A DNA stretch of 64,000 nucleotides from Somniosus microcephalus (lineage: Eukaryota): assembly GCA_052327205.1 (NCBI GenBank), contig CM126226.1, forward strand, positions 28,830,001-28,894,000, in the 5' to 3' direction. Within the stretch, counting starts at the first letter, position 1. Each line of letters starts with the position of its first letter. The translations under genes and the position numbers were made by a program. Of this stretch, positions 49,030 to 61,487 are shown piece after piece. The notes beneath the pieces were generated by a model, which was not told where the DNA came from, searched no databases, and worked only from the letters and a program-made list of their open reading frames with translations.

Positions 49030-50821
49030 TCACTTAATTGATCAATGTGGTCGAACTTAGATGGCCTGGTGGCCAGTGGTTTGGGTAGAACAACTCACGG
49101 TACCACAAAACTGCAGGATAGAGGATCTCCTAATTATTCTCCACAAGTTAGTTCCTGAATGGAAGCTAAGCATATCTCAAAGGAAAGAGGGGGAAATTGG
49201 TGGGTGTTATTTCCAGGTTGTTCATACAATTTTTCAAAGCTGGGTATGCAGTGGAATAAGCAAAGCCTTGTGAGCGAGCCACCTGCCTATCCCCTGAAAA
49301 AGGCACATGACATAAGTGGTCAGGAGACAAATGTAAATGATATAAAAACAGTGCTAAAGCAGTCTTAACCTTTATTGGTAATAGCATAAACACAAAGATC
49401 AAGCATGGTAAAGAACCAAAGCCCTCTAGTATTATCAGGGAGGTTTGCATTAATCCCAGAACTTTACGAATAATTAGTGAGTGAACTGTACAATTCAATT
49501 AAGTATACCTGATCTAAATTGAACATTTCTTGACACATCAGTCTCCCTTCACGCCACCACTGGTCTTCAGCCACCTAGAAATTCCCCACCTAAATCCCTC
49601 TGCCCATGAATCTTTAAGACCTTTCTTAAAACCCATCTCTTTGACCAAGCTTTTGGTCAGCCCTAAGATCTTCTTCTTTGGCTCAACATTTATATATTCC
49701 TTATGCACCTGTGAAGTGCCGTGGGATATTTTTCTACATGCAGTATTATTTAAATACAACTTGTTGTTGTTTATCAAGATTCAACTCTGAAGAAAAACTG
49801 CATTTGTCTTGTCAATCCAGAGTTGTGGGTTGTTAAAATGAATGGACAGTACACCAATGGACAGATATTACAAATGATCATGGGTGCATGACAATTTAAC
49901 CCTTTTTACTCTGCAAGACCAAAATCAGGACAGCCCCAATTGAGCGCAATCTCATAGCATCTATGCTTACCTGTGCCCCCTATTCAGTTTATTTACTAGG
50001 CAGCATTAAAATTACCAGCCCAAAAAATGTACTGTGACTTTATTCACTGCAAAAATTAATATATATGCTGGAGATTCACACCTGTTTTTTCTGCTGTGAA
50101 TCTCCTGCTTTGCAATTTGAAGATCAACATGGGTGGGGCTGGGAGCAATTAACTGCACCACTTCTACTGCTCATCTACTTCTGAATCAATCAAGAGTAGT
50201 AAGGTAAACAAGGTTAGCCAAGGATGGATTACAGCCAGAGTACTTTTTAGTAAACTCACACGTCATTAACTCAGCAATACAACGAAGTAGGGCTACATAT
50301 TTAAATGATATTGTAGCTGTTTTAAGAACATCATGCAATGCATTAACAGTGATTGACTCTAGGAACATTATCCCAGGTTCCAACAGGTTCCGGGATTAAT
50401 GCAAACCTCCCTGATAATACTAGAGGGCTTTGATTCTTTACCATGCTTGATCTTTGTGTTTATGCTATTACCAATAAAGGTTAAGGCTGCTTTAGCACTG
50501 TTTTTATATCATTTACATTTGTCTCCTGACCACTTATGTCATGTGCCTTTTTCAGGGGATAGGCAGGTGGCTCGCTCACAAGGCTTTGCTTATTCCACTG
50601 CATACCCAGCTTTGAAAAATTGTATGAACAACCTGGAAATAACATACCCACCAATTTCCCCCTCTTTCCTTTGAGATATGCTTAGCTTCCATTCAGGAAC
50701 TAACTTGTGGAGAATAATTAGGAGATCCTCTATCCTGCAGTTTTGTGGTACAGCGAGTTGTTTTACCCAAACCACTGGCCACCAGGCCATCTAAGTTCGA
50801 TCACATTGATCAATTAAGTGA
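49030..50821. repeat. Long inverted repeat, arms 49030-49462 and 50387-50821
   Basis: Arms are reverse complements differing by roughly 7-8 substitutions and one 2-bp indel. Also visible as mirrored ORFs 49061..49273(+) and 50590..50790(-). Confidence 0.95.
49535..49772 (+). mobile_element. Degraded L2 3' end in the inverted-repeat spacer
   Basis: CTTAAAACCCATCTCTTTGACCAAGCTTTTGGTCA...AAATACAACTTGTTGTTG. Confidence 0.7.
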
Positions 50822-51354
50822 CAAAGGGTAACTGCATTTGTCAGATCTTCTCAGACAAAAAGTTTAATAATTGAGACAAACAAACACCCCATTTATGCTG
50901 TATTGTTTTAAGGGAGGAGTGGTGTTTTCAATCCTGAACCTCTGGTGAACTTGTTTAGGTATGGAGTCGATTAAACAGTTAGCTGATAACTGTGACACTA
51001 CACATCCAAATCTAACCCCAGGGCTGGTGACAGCTGTCATGCACTCAATGTCATCGCCAACAAAATCCATAAATTCTGCTTCGCAGCTTATTCTTGGAGA
51101 TCTGAAGTTCAGTCAGAAACATGCACTAAAAAGTATGATATTTACATAATAAAGTAACATTTTTCAGTTTCATATCTCAAGGGAACCAGTGCCATTTACT
51201 TTCATCTATTTTATTATATCTATAAAAGGAATACAGACTGATTTCAATACTACCACAAAATTCCCATGCAAAGAAAGTGTATTTGCATAAAACACATCAA
51301 CACAGCTCCTGACCTATATAAAGCACCAAAACACAGGTTACTTATTCAGAATAT

Positions 51355-51802
51355 ATATTACCACCCATCACCCCTGTGCTCGATGATCTACATTGGCTAC
51401 TGGTTAAGCAACATCTCTATTTCAAAATTCTCATCCTTGTTTTCAAATCCCTCCAGGGCCTCGCCCTTCGCTATCTCTGTAATGTCCTCCAGCCCCACAA
51501 CCCCCACCCCCGTGATATCTGCGCTCCTCTAACTGTGGCCTCTTGTGCATCCTCAATTTTAATCGCTCAACTATCGGTGGCCGTGCCTTCAGTTGCCATG
51601 GCCCTAAGCTCTGGAATTCCCTCCCTAAACCTCTCCACCTCTCTTTCCTCCTTAAAGACGCTCCTTAAAACCTACATCTGCCCTAATTTCTCCTTATGTG
51701 GCTCGGTGTCAGATTTTTTTTGTATGTCTTAGAATACTCCTGTGAAGCGCCTTGGGACGTTTTACTACGTTAAAGGCGCTATATAAATACAAGTTGTTGT
51801 TG
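51355..51802 (+). mobile_element. L2 LINE 3' fragment
   Basis: DLHWLLVKQHLYFKILILVFKSLQGLA; tail GGCGCTATATAAATACAAGTTGTTG. Confidence 0.88.
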
Positions 51803-52034
51803 GATTGATGCAGTTCCTAAAAACACTTTGAAAGGCACAGTGTCAGATAGTAAAAAGTATGGGCCTTAAACACACACCAGGTCTCTGACAAAATATATGC
51901 TCCACTTCAAAATCAAAGGCTATTTGGGCATTTCCTCAGAGGAACCCATTTTACGGGTTGCCCTGTGCTTTCTCACAAAGATTACCCACTTCTGAAGAGG
52001 CTAAGTCCCACACATGTTCCATGCATACTAAAAG

Positions 52035-52745
52035 AAACTCAGGAAGTGATAGCAGAGGCACTATTATATTTATAAAAATTAATTAGAAAAGGGAATAGTG
52101 CCAGAGGACTGGGGGACAGATAATGTTATGCCTATATTTAAAAAGGAAGATAGAACCAGGGAACTACAGACCAGTTAGCTTAACGGCAGTATTAGGAAAG
52201 ATAATGGAACCTTTACTCAAAGATGTAATAGAAAAACTGAAAATATAATAGTCAGCACAGATTTCAAAAGGGAAGGTCATGCTTGACCATTCTTTGAAGA
52301 AGTAACAGAAAGAGTAGATAAGGGTACTGCAGCAGATATAATATACTTGAATTTTCAAAAAGCCTTCAATAAGGTACCACATAGTGGACTCATGACTAAG
52401 GTCAGAGCATGTGGACTCAGGGGACAAGTAGCAGAATGGATAGCAAGCTGGCTACAAAACAGAAAAGAGAGAGATGGGGTTAAAGGTATTTACTCAGACT
52501 GACGGAAGGTGGGAAGTGGTGTTACACAGGGATCGGTAATGTTGTTTGCAATTTACATAAACGATTTGGACTTGGGAATTAGAACTACAATTTCAAAATT
52601 TGGGAAGACACTATATTGGGGGGTATAGTTAATACTGAAGACAACTGCTACAAAATTTAAGATGATATTATTAAACTTGCAGAATGGGAGTATAAATGGC
52701 AAATGAATTTCAAAATAGAAAAGTGTGAGATGGCACATTTGGTAA
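52035..52745 (+). mobile_element. CR1 RT fragment, decayed
   Basis: Colinear with ~26820-27545 (NYRPVSLT, FQKAF.KVPH). Confidence 0.85.
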
Positions 52746-53567
52746 GAAGTCTTATAATATTACATTATAAGCACAAGATGTGCAATGCCACACAATACCT
52801 TCCCTCTATAAGCAAATTGGTGCATTTAAAAACATATGTAACTGAAATAATGCAAATTTATTTTTCTCAGCACAAAACAACTGAATGGACAGTCAGATAC
52901 AACAACCATCGCAGTGCTCATCCTGGACTGAACATCAGTCATCTGTGGGAAGGACCTACATTTAAATGTGAAAAATACTGCTGCCAAACTTATTGGTACC
53001 AAAATGTCATATGGGGCAAAAAATTACACTTAAGCATATGCAATTATCCTATCACCTCAAATTGCTCCCACCAGTACGTTACCCTAGTGTTGTATACAAA
53101 ATTATCTTTCCAGATGCAACCCACTTTTGGAAGAGCAACTGTACTGCTGGGTGTTTTCCACAGTTCAATGGACACGGCATGAAAATGTCACATCCTTACT
53201 ACAAAACATTATTGAAATCCTAGTGACAACAATGTTATCACTTTTGCATCACACAGGTACATCACAGGTTTTGTCAAAAGAGGATTTTGTGCTAATTTTT
53301 TCCTTTATTTTAAATACTTAATTTTAAGAAACTCTCAGGAAGAAAGATTAAAACAAGAATTTGGTAGCATAAGGATTAAAACAAAAACTTGGCAGCATAA
53401 AGAACAGACAATAACAAGCAGAATCTTTTAAATGTTGAATTACCAACTTGTACACTTCACCTTTTCTGATGACTGGTAAAAACAATAGGCAAATGATCCC
53501 CTTTGCTCTGATATCAAATGGGATGTAGTCGGTGGGAACTATTGGTGGTATGCTCCTCTCCACCTAC

Positions 53568-54041
53568 CTGTCACTGCTGGTACTACTGCTGCTGCTGACT
53601 GAATCACTGCTTGATGACCTACTCCTGGACCCACTGCCACTGGGAGATCGCCGTGATCTTGATGCTTGGCTAGATCGCTGTGGGGACTGGTTTCCTGACC
53701 GTGAGGAATGTGGGGATCGACTCCTGCTGTGCTGATAATTTTTTTCCTGCCGTCTCCCTCTTACTTCCCGAGTAATATCTTCCCTGTAGAGGTCTCGGTG
53801 CACTACACTCGATATTGCAAACTGTTCCCTCCCTCTTTGTTCATAACGTGGATCATGAGCTTCAAATCGAGTTGGACTTCGACTTCTTGACCCATAATAA
53901 ACTCCGTGTTGTATAGTTCGATCCCGAGGATCTCTATAATAATCCTGTTCATAATGTCTGGGACGATCAAACCCTGCCGCTGTACGATCGTGGTGTCCAT
54001 AGGCACTGTGATCATAAGTACGCTCCCTGTTATCAGAAGCC
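53568..54041 (-). CDS. SPEN: SPEN exon 3 (474 nt; ASDNRERTYDH...RS-rich...SSSTSSD)
   Basis: Acceptor aacacag|GGC and donor CAG|gtaggt. Lies within ORF 53564..54106. Confidence 0.96.
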
Positions 54042-57000
54042 CTGTGTTTTGTTGGGGGAGGGGGAAGAGGAGGAAAAAATAAGAATCTGTCAAGCATCAG
54101 CAACATAGCAAAAAGTTCCCCAAATTGCCCATTCTAAGCTCTGGGAAAATAAGCATTTGAATTTTAACTAGAGAGTACAGTATATGGAAACAATAGAGAA
54201 ATTAGCAATAGCAATGTGTTCAGTAGCTGCTATCTATAATAGTTGGCATCAGGTTTCTCTTTAATTTGACTTTTCGAATTAGACATCTGTAGAGCTTCAA
54301 CGTTTTCCAATTCCCAGGTGCTAACACACAAGTAATATTTGCAATACACTAAGAGTTTTTGATCTTTTCACAGTAAGAATTCTCCCACTATCTCTTCCCT
54401 CTGCTCTAACTATTCATCACTTTAAATTACACAACTGATTTTTTTTTTTAAACCACTCAGGAAGTTCTTACATTTTTAGATATTGTGTCATACACCAAAT
54501 CAATTCCTAAGGGCTCTAACCATCACATCGCAAACTATGAGGAAAACCATTTTGTATCGAGTGTTTAACCAGAAAACTCATGATTGGAAGAAAGCAGGAA
54601 TTAAGGAGCAGCAACAGCAGTTGTGCTGATTATCTATACAAGATGATGGTGATTCATCTGTGAATATCACAATTGGCTAACCCTCTGTAACCACTTTGAA
54701 AAGGACACAATCAAATACATTTGCTGAAAGATGAACCTGTGCCTACACTTCCAAGTGAGATCCCCATGGCACGTACTTGGCAGAACATTAAAAGTTGTAC
54801 CAAAAATTAAGTAACGTTGTTGGTTGCTTGCCGTGGGATTATGGGGTCCAAAAGATGACAAAAAGGCTAGCCTGATTCACTGAGGAAAAAGTAATGGCCA
54901 GCATTCAGCTCCAGACACACAGACAAAAACACTGAATCCCACAAAACTACTAATATTTTTTTTTACTATATTCAAGAAAACACATTGCTTTATAAAAAAA
55001 ATCACCTGCTTGCTTTCTTCCAATATCCATCCTTTATAGTTAACCAGTTAATTCCCCATTTCCTAATGCATTTTATACTTTACTAATTTTATTAAGCTTG
55101 TTACAATTTCTAATTATCAGGCATTAAAGCTATAGAAACGATGATTGTAGAACCGGATTCACCATAGGCTGATTAATTTGCTAAATATTTTACCTCAGTA
55201 AAAATACGCTAACTATATCCAGGAATGTGGTTATTTTCATTTCTGGATTTTACATTATTACGAAGTTACCTTATTTTCATTCTGGTAATTTTTGTCCCTT
55301 TCCATTCTAATTTCTCCCACACAAGCTGTTAAAATGTTATTAGGTTTTTGTTGACATTCTACAGATTCAGGAAACACGGAGTAGCAAAGCCACTAAACTA
55401 TGCACAGTGTCAACTTGACTTAATTTGTTAGCTACAGTTACGGAACTGAGCTTACAATGTACTGTGGAATCATTTTACACTGACCTTTCAGCAATCAGAA
55501 GAAGCAAGCTGATTCCAAAGCGTTACTGCCATCAGCTGACATACAACAAATACAAACTCCTAATCCATGAAAGACACAGAGACAGGCAGAGGAGCTAACA
55601 GAGCTGCAAGGCAGTGAGATTCTATTGGCTAAAGTGCTGTTTGAATTTCTAGCAGTGCTAATGACTACTGGAGTTAGTGGAAAGGAAGGGTTGACTGGGT
55701 TAGGAGAGGGGCTAAGATACACATGGCAGGACATACCAACCTTTTTAGACTGCAGTAAACACGACCTAAATCCCAATTAAATCTAGGGAGAGAAAAGTGT
55801 ACAAACATTCCCAATTTGGTCCCCTCTTAAAGGGGTAATCCAACTTCGGATAGTGCTAGTGCCGCATTGATTTGGGGATTGTATCAAGAAAACTGAACGC
55901 CCAAGAAAGATAAACTTCCATTGCCAGTGTTAAGTACATTCGCCTGAAAACAGATAGCTCCCAACGTTAAAAAGTAACTCCTAAACCCCAAGACCTTTCT
56001 GAGATGGCGGAGTGCGTTCAATTGGACGTATGTCGGTAGATAGATGTAGCCCAATTCTTGAGTCGATATTAAGCAACTATACCCGTTACTCCCAGAGCAC
56101 AGGGCTTTCTTCTAGTAGAAGGCATTTATTATCCATTTTCTAGCAGTCAGTAGCCATTCAATTGTTATAAAATCTTTTCACATTTGATCTGAAAGTTAAA
56201 AAGTAACGAATCCACTAATAGTTTTCCCTTGTTTGATAGTCCACTGGTACAATAAAGTAGAATCAAGAAGTGTGTCAAACACAAACCAGGTAATCCACTC
56301 TGCCATACAACTACTTTAGGATGCATATAATCCCATGTTGAAGAGATAATGACCTCTATTCCATTATACGGGGAAAATGACATTCCAAATGTTTAAAAGT
56401 TTCTAATATTTTATCTTTAGCCCATAAATATCCATAAGATCCAATCAGGGAGAAACAAAATAAACAGTACAGATTTGTAGACCCATGATAACTGTATCTG
56501 TTACGTCCTCATTCTTCAGTTTTCCTTGCATGTATTCCTGTTGAAAATCATTGGCTGTAATATCCTTCCAGGAAAATAGTAGATCACAAGAGTACTCTAT
56601 CTTCATAGAAATATTTCATATCCAAAGAATGTGCATCAATACTTTATGTTTAAACCAAAGCCAAATATAATACTGCAGAAAGTCTTCAATGCACTTCAGT
56701 ATTGCCTCAAATAGTAGGTCTGGTAATCCCATAGTATTCCTCGGGTTAGTTGTACCAGACAGTATTATCATAGCCACTCGATCGAAGGGATACATCCAGA
56801 GGGAACTGCTTGCAATCCAGGGAGAAAAGGGAAGCTTATTACGAGGGTTAACTCCATATTAACTGACAGAAACCTTCCATCAAACTAACCAAACTTATCC
56901 CAGGAGTAGTCATCCAGCCAGCTGCAGGATAGATCCACTGCGAATAGGCCAGAGCTGCTACTGGTTTCAATTCTCTTCCATATCCAACAACGGCACGAAT

Positions 57001-57104
57001 GTACAGATTTCCTCAATAAATCCATCTGGGGAACCTATACATGAGTTGCTGCTTCTCACCACACTATTTATCAAAACCCTGCCTAGAGAAACCTTGGAAC
57101 TTAC

Positions 57105-57425
57105 CCATCAAGTCTCCGTTCATAACGTCCTTCCCGTCCATGTAGTGATGGTGGTGGTCCATATGTTGGCCCCCCACCACCTCCCCTGAACCCTGAAACC
57201 TCTCTAGTACGAGTTCCTATAGGAACGGTATCATCTAATCCCCGAGCAGCACTGGGAATAGTGCCAGGCTCATTGTAATCCGTTCGCAGATCCCTGTCTC
57301 CCATTTTGTTGACAGAATTGTGCGCTTTCTGCGCACTTTTGATGTCCACAAAATCCACAAAGGCTGCCACTCCACCTTCTGAGCCCCTTTTGGGAAGAAT
57401 TTTGACACTTTCCACACGGCCATAT
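57105..57425 (-). CDS. SPEN: SPEN exon 2 (321 nt; RRM1, YGRVESVKILPKRGSEGGVAAFVDF...ERRLDG)
   Basis: Acceptor ttttttccag|ATA and donor TGG|gtaagt. Lies within ORF 57101..57457. Confidence 0.97.
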
Positions 57426-57914
57426 CTGGAAAAAAAAAAGAGAAAAATAATTAGCATAACTATTTAAAATAAGTTGTATTTAACTGTTCAAGGATACAAC
57501 TATATATAAATACGAACAGTACAAATCTGACGACATGTTACATTTGAGGGTCTGTATATAATCAGCAATATTCGTATTGTATCATTTTTATCATTTTGTT
57601 TTTTGTACTAGAAAGAAATTTAAATGCAGTTTTGCAGTGCACTCTATATTGTCAAGGTTTCTAATGGAAATACATTGTTCAGGTGCGATATGCACGGTCT
57701 TCAATTAAACATACCCAACATCATAGAGTAAGCATCATATATATAGCTTGACGGGAGGGGAGGGGGCGGTGACTAAGCTGCTCTTAATCTCCAGGTCTTG
57801 AATACACAACATATAAAGTACTGTGTCTGATCACCAGAATCTAGTCCATGGTACTGATAGATGAGCAACATTGTTGAATAAAGGAACATACGCCATTGCC
57901 CATCAAAACATTAG

Positions 57915-58690
57915 CACCAAACAAGTGCCAGGCAATGACCATCTCCAACATGAGAAAGTCTAACCACTTCCCCATGACATTCAATGGCATTACCATCGTC
58001 AAATTCCCCATCATCAACATCCTGGGGGGTCACCATTGAACATAAACTTAACTGGACCAGCCACATAAATATTGTGGCTAAAAGAGCAGGTCAGAGGCTG
58101 GGTATTCTGCAGCGAGTGACTTGCCTCCTGACTCCACAAAGACTTTCCACCATCTACAAGGCATAAGTCAAGAGTGTGATGGAACTCTCCACTTGCCTGG
58201 ATGAGTGCAGCTCCAACAACACTCAAGATGCTCAACACCATCCAGAACAAAGCAGCTGCTTGATTGGCACCCCATCCACCACCTTAAATATTCACTCCCT
58301 CCACTACCAGCGCACCGTGTTGCAATCTGTACCATCTACAAGATGCACTGCAGCAACTCGCCAAGGCTTCTTTGACAGCACCTGCCAAACCGGCGACCTT
58401 TACCACCTAGAAGGACAAGAGCAGCAGGCGCATGGAAACACCACCATCTCAAAGTTCCTCTCAAAGTCACACATCATCCTGACTTAGAAATATATTGCTG
58501 TTCCTACATCGTCACTGGGTCAAAATCCTGGAACTCCCTACCCAACAGCACTGTGGGGTACCTTCACCACACGGACTGCAGCGGTTCAAGGCAGCGGCTC
58601 ACCATCACCTTCTGAAGAGCAATTAGTGATGGGTAATAAATGCTGGCCTTGCCAGCAACACCAACATCCCGTGAATGAATTTTTTAAAAA
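57915..58690 (+). mobile_element. 3' fragment of the CR1-group LINE family
   Basis: KLNWTSHINIVAKRAGQRLGILQRV; same 3' tail as 21130-21199. Confidence 0.9.
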
Positions 58691-59782
58691 GCCACTATAA
58701 AATGCTGTTTTACATCATGCTGAGTAACCCTGGTATGTATTGGTTCTTCTACAGGCAACAAAAGTTAGGCCTGAAGCAGAAAACTGATCAATGGTCAGAT
58801 ACCATATCCAATATTCACTGAAGTGCATCACAGAATCTATTTGTCAGTTTACTTTCTTTTCCTGTTCCCACCCCAGAAAGCTCAGTCCCCGTTCTCTCCC
58901 CCCCACCCCCCCGCCCCCCCAACGGATCAGGCAACTATAATTCTCAGTCTTGTGACATAAGTAACCTAGAAGTCTCAAATGATTTCCATGTTCACATTCC
59001 TCACTAATTTATCATCCATTGATACAGTATAATATGCATTAAGCATCATGGTCATTAGCTGTGTCAATTAAATTGTGAAGGACACAGCGGAACCAACACA
59101 GAATCAGTGTCCATTTATCCTAATTGCAGAATCACCAAACTCAGATCAATGTGCTTCAAACTGCCTACAGAAAAAGAAATTCATGCGTTGAAACGATTTA
59201 ATTCCCTAAATAAGATTCCCAGTTTTCAGATTAAATTGATACCATCACCCACCAAAAAATGTAAGAATTGTTTATTCATTAAAGCCAATGAAACAACTAA
59301 AATGTGGCATGCAATGCTCGATTGCTGATACATTCTTACAATAAACTTTTAATTCTGGTCTGATAGATCAGTGGAATAAAAACTGATTCTGCAGAATAAA
59401 AGCAGAGTTCAATCTCCCACCCTAGTACGCCAATCCACAAGTCTCCTTGTTTTAACGCTTGCTCCCTCAGGCTGTACAGTGTGCGGTCGGTACTTGGTAT
59501 TAATTTTGTTTTGTTTTAATACTGATTTTGGTCAAAATTTTACTTTTTTTTTAAAAAAGATACAAAAATGCAAGCATTGATAAAGTAACAATTTTGCCAT
59601 TAATAAACAACTGCTAAAAATAAAAACAAACTCAAAACAGTGATTAAAAAACAGAAAACCTCATAACCTACATTTTTTAGTCATAAATTGTAATTTTATA
59701 TCAATTTTCCACATAGTCTTTTTAATTATGGACAATTTTCCCCTCTCTTCTGAAGGCCTTGAATTCTTGTATTTCTTGCAGG

Positions 59783-60228
59783 TGTAGACGCAGCTCAGCG
59801 GTAGCACTCTGGCCTGAGTCAGAAGGTTTTGGGTTCAAGTCCCAGACTTGAGCACAAAATCGAGGCTGACACTCCAGTGCAGTACTGAGGGAGCGCTGCA
59901 CTGTCGAAGGTGCCGTCTTTCAGATAAGACGTTAAACTGAGGCCCATCTGCCCTCTCAGGTGGATATAAAAGATCCCATGGCACTATCTGAAGAGGAGCA
60001 GGGGAGTTCTCCCCGGTGTCCTTTTCAATATTTATCCCTCAATCAGCATCACTAAAACAGATTACCTGGCCATTATCACATTGCTGCTTGTGGGACCTTG
60101 CTGTACGCAAATTGGCTGCCACGTTTCCTACATTGCAACACTTCAAAAGTACTTCATTGGCTGTAAAGCGCTTTGGGATGTCCTGAGGATATGAAAGGTG
60201 CTATATAAATGCAAGTCTTTCTTTCTTT
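59783..60228 (+). mobile_element. DeuSINE (SacSINE1-like), full length
   Basis: tRNA-like head (GCTCAGCGGTAGCAC; GGTTCAAGTCC), Deu core TGCCGTCTTTCAGATAAGACGTTAAAC..AAAAGATCCCATGGCAC, and an L2-type tail ending (CTTT)n. Confidence 0.9.
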
Positions 60229-60229
60229 G

Positions 60230-60770
60230 GGTGCTGATTGCACTCTGATGCCTCATCCAAGTAGCCATTACTTATGAATCTTGATAATGAGGGACAGCAC
60301 AGCTGAGTGTGATCCTATTCTCACCTGATGCTCACATATAAGCTATTTTTAGATTGGTATGCTAGTGCCATTGGTTCTTCAAGTATGGGTCTCGTGCAGC
60401 CAGTGGCAACTCAAGGTAAACTTGCTAGATTTGCTAAAGCTGGCTACGGGGACTTTTGCAAGTTTATTTTAGGATTGTGGCTGGCTGCACTAGATCCACA
60501 CATTGGGAGTCTTTGACAATGCCACATCACTAAACTAAAATAGAAGCAGCTACATGTACTTCCAGCAGAGGTCATTACATAGTGATCAGAAACAAAATAT
60601 AAGCTAATTTTGTTATCCAAACCCAGATGGCTATTGCCAATCGTAATACACCAACTGCTCCCCGTCCACCTTGGCTGAGATCAGCTAACTCAGCACAGAC
60701 TTGGGATGTACCTGATCTGTATGGTTCAGCTGTTCACTGAATAAACTCACTGTGCTATTGGGGTAGCCAT
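60230..60770 (-). mobile_element. Old degraded tRNA-derived SINE, apparently interrupted
   Basis: TGGCTGAGATCAGCTAACTCAGCACAGAC shared with the ~14530 relic. Confidence 0.45.
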
Positions 60771-61015
60771 TTTAAGGATGTTCTGTTTTTAATGGAAATT
60801 ATCCAATTGCCACGCCTCCGTGTCCAGTTAAAGTATTACAACACCATTGCCCTGTGTCAAGGTGATGCTTTAACGGTTCCAAGTTTAGTACAGGAATCAC
60901 CAATGTATAAATGCTAGCCTTGTTTTGTACATTTGCATTCAGCTTCTGGTTGATAGCAGAATAAGACATTGAATTAGTGATATGGGAAAAACGTATGACA
61001 TGGAACTAGAGCTTA

Positions 61016-61487
61016 GTGTGTCAGCCAGTGGCTCAGTTGGTAGCACCCTCGCCTCGGAGTCAGAAGGTTGTGGGTTGAAATCCCACTCCAGAGACTTGAG
61101 TACAAAAATCTAGGCTGACACTCCAGTGTAGTACTGAGGGAGTGCTGCACTGTCGGAGGTGCCATCCTTCATCTGAGACGTTAAACCGAGGCCCAGTCTA
61201 CTCTCTCAGGTGGACGTAAAAGATCCCATGGCACTATTTCAAAGAAGAGCAGGGGAGTTATCCCAGGTGTCCTGGACAATATTTATCCCTCAAACAACAT
61301 AACAAAAACAGATTATCTGGTCATTATCACATTGCTGTTTGTGGGAGCTTGCCGAGCACAAATTGGCTGCCTCGTTTCCTACATTACAACAGTGACTACA
61401 CTTCAAAAAGTACTTAATTGGCTGTAAAGCGCTTTGGGATGTCCGGTGGTCATGAAAGGCGCTATATAAATGCAAGTCTTTCTTTCT
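61016..61487 (+). mobile_element. DeuSINE (SacSINE1-like), full length
   Basis: TGGCTCAGTTGGTAGCAC head, Deu core, and tail GGCGCTATATAAATGCAAGTCTTTCTTT. Confidence 0.92.

Noticed and set aside
49061-50790. Mirrored ORF pairs as duplicated small genes
   Set aside because: They are a by-product of the inverted repeat, with no recognisable protein motif or splice structure.
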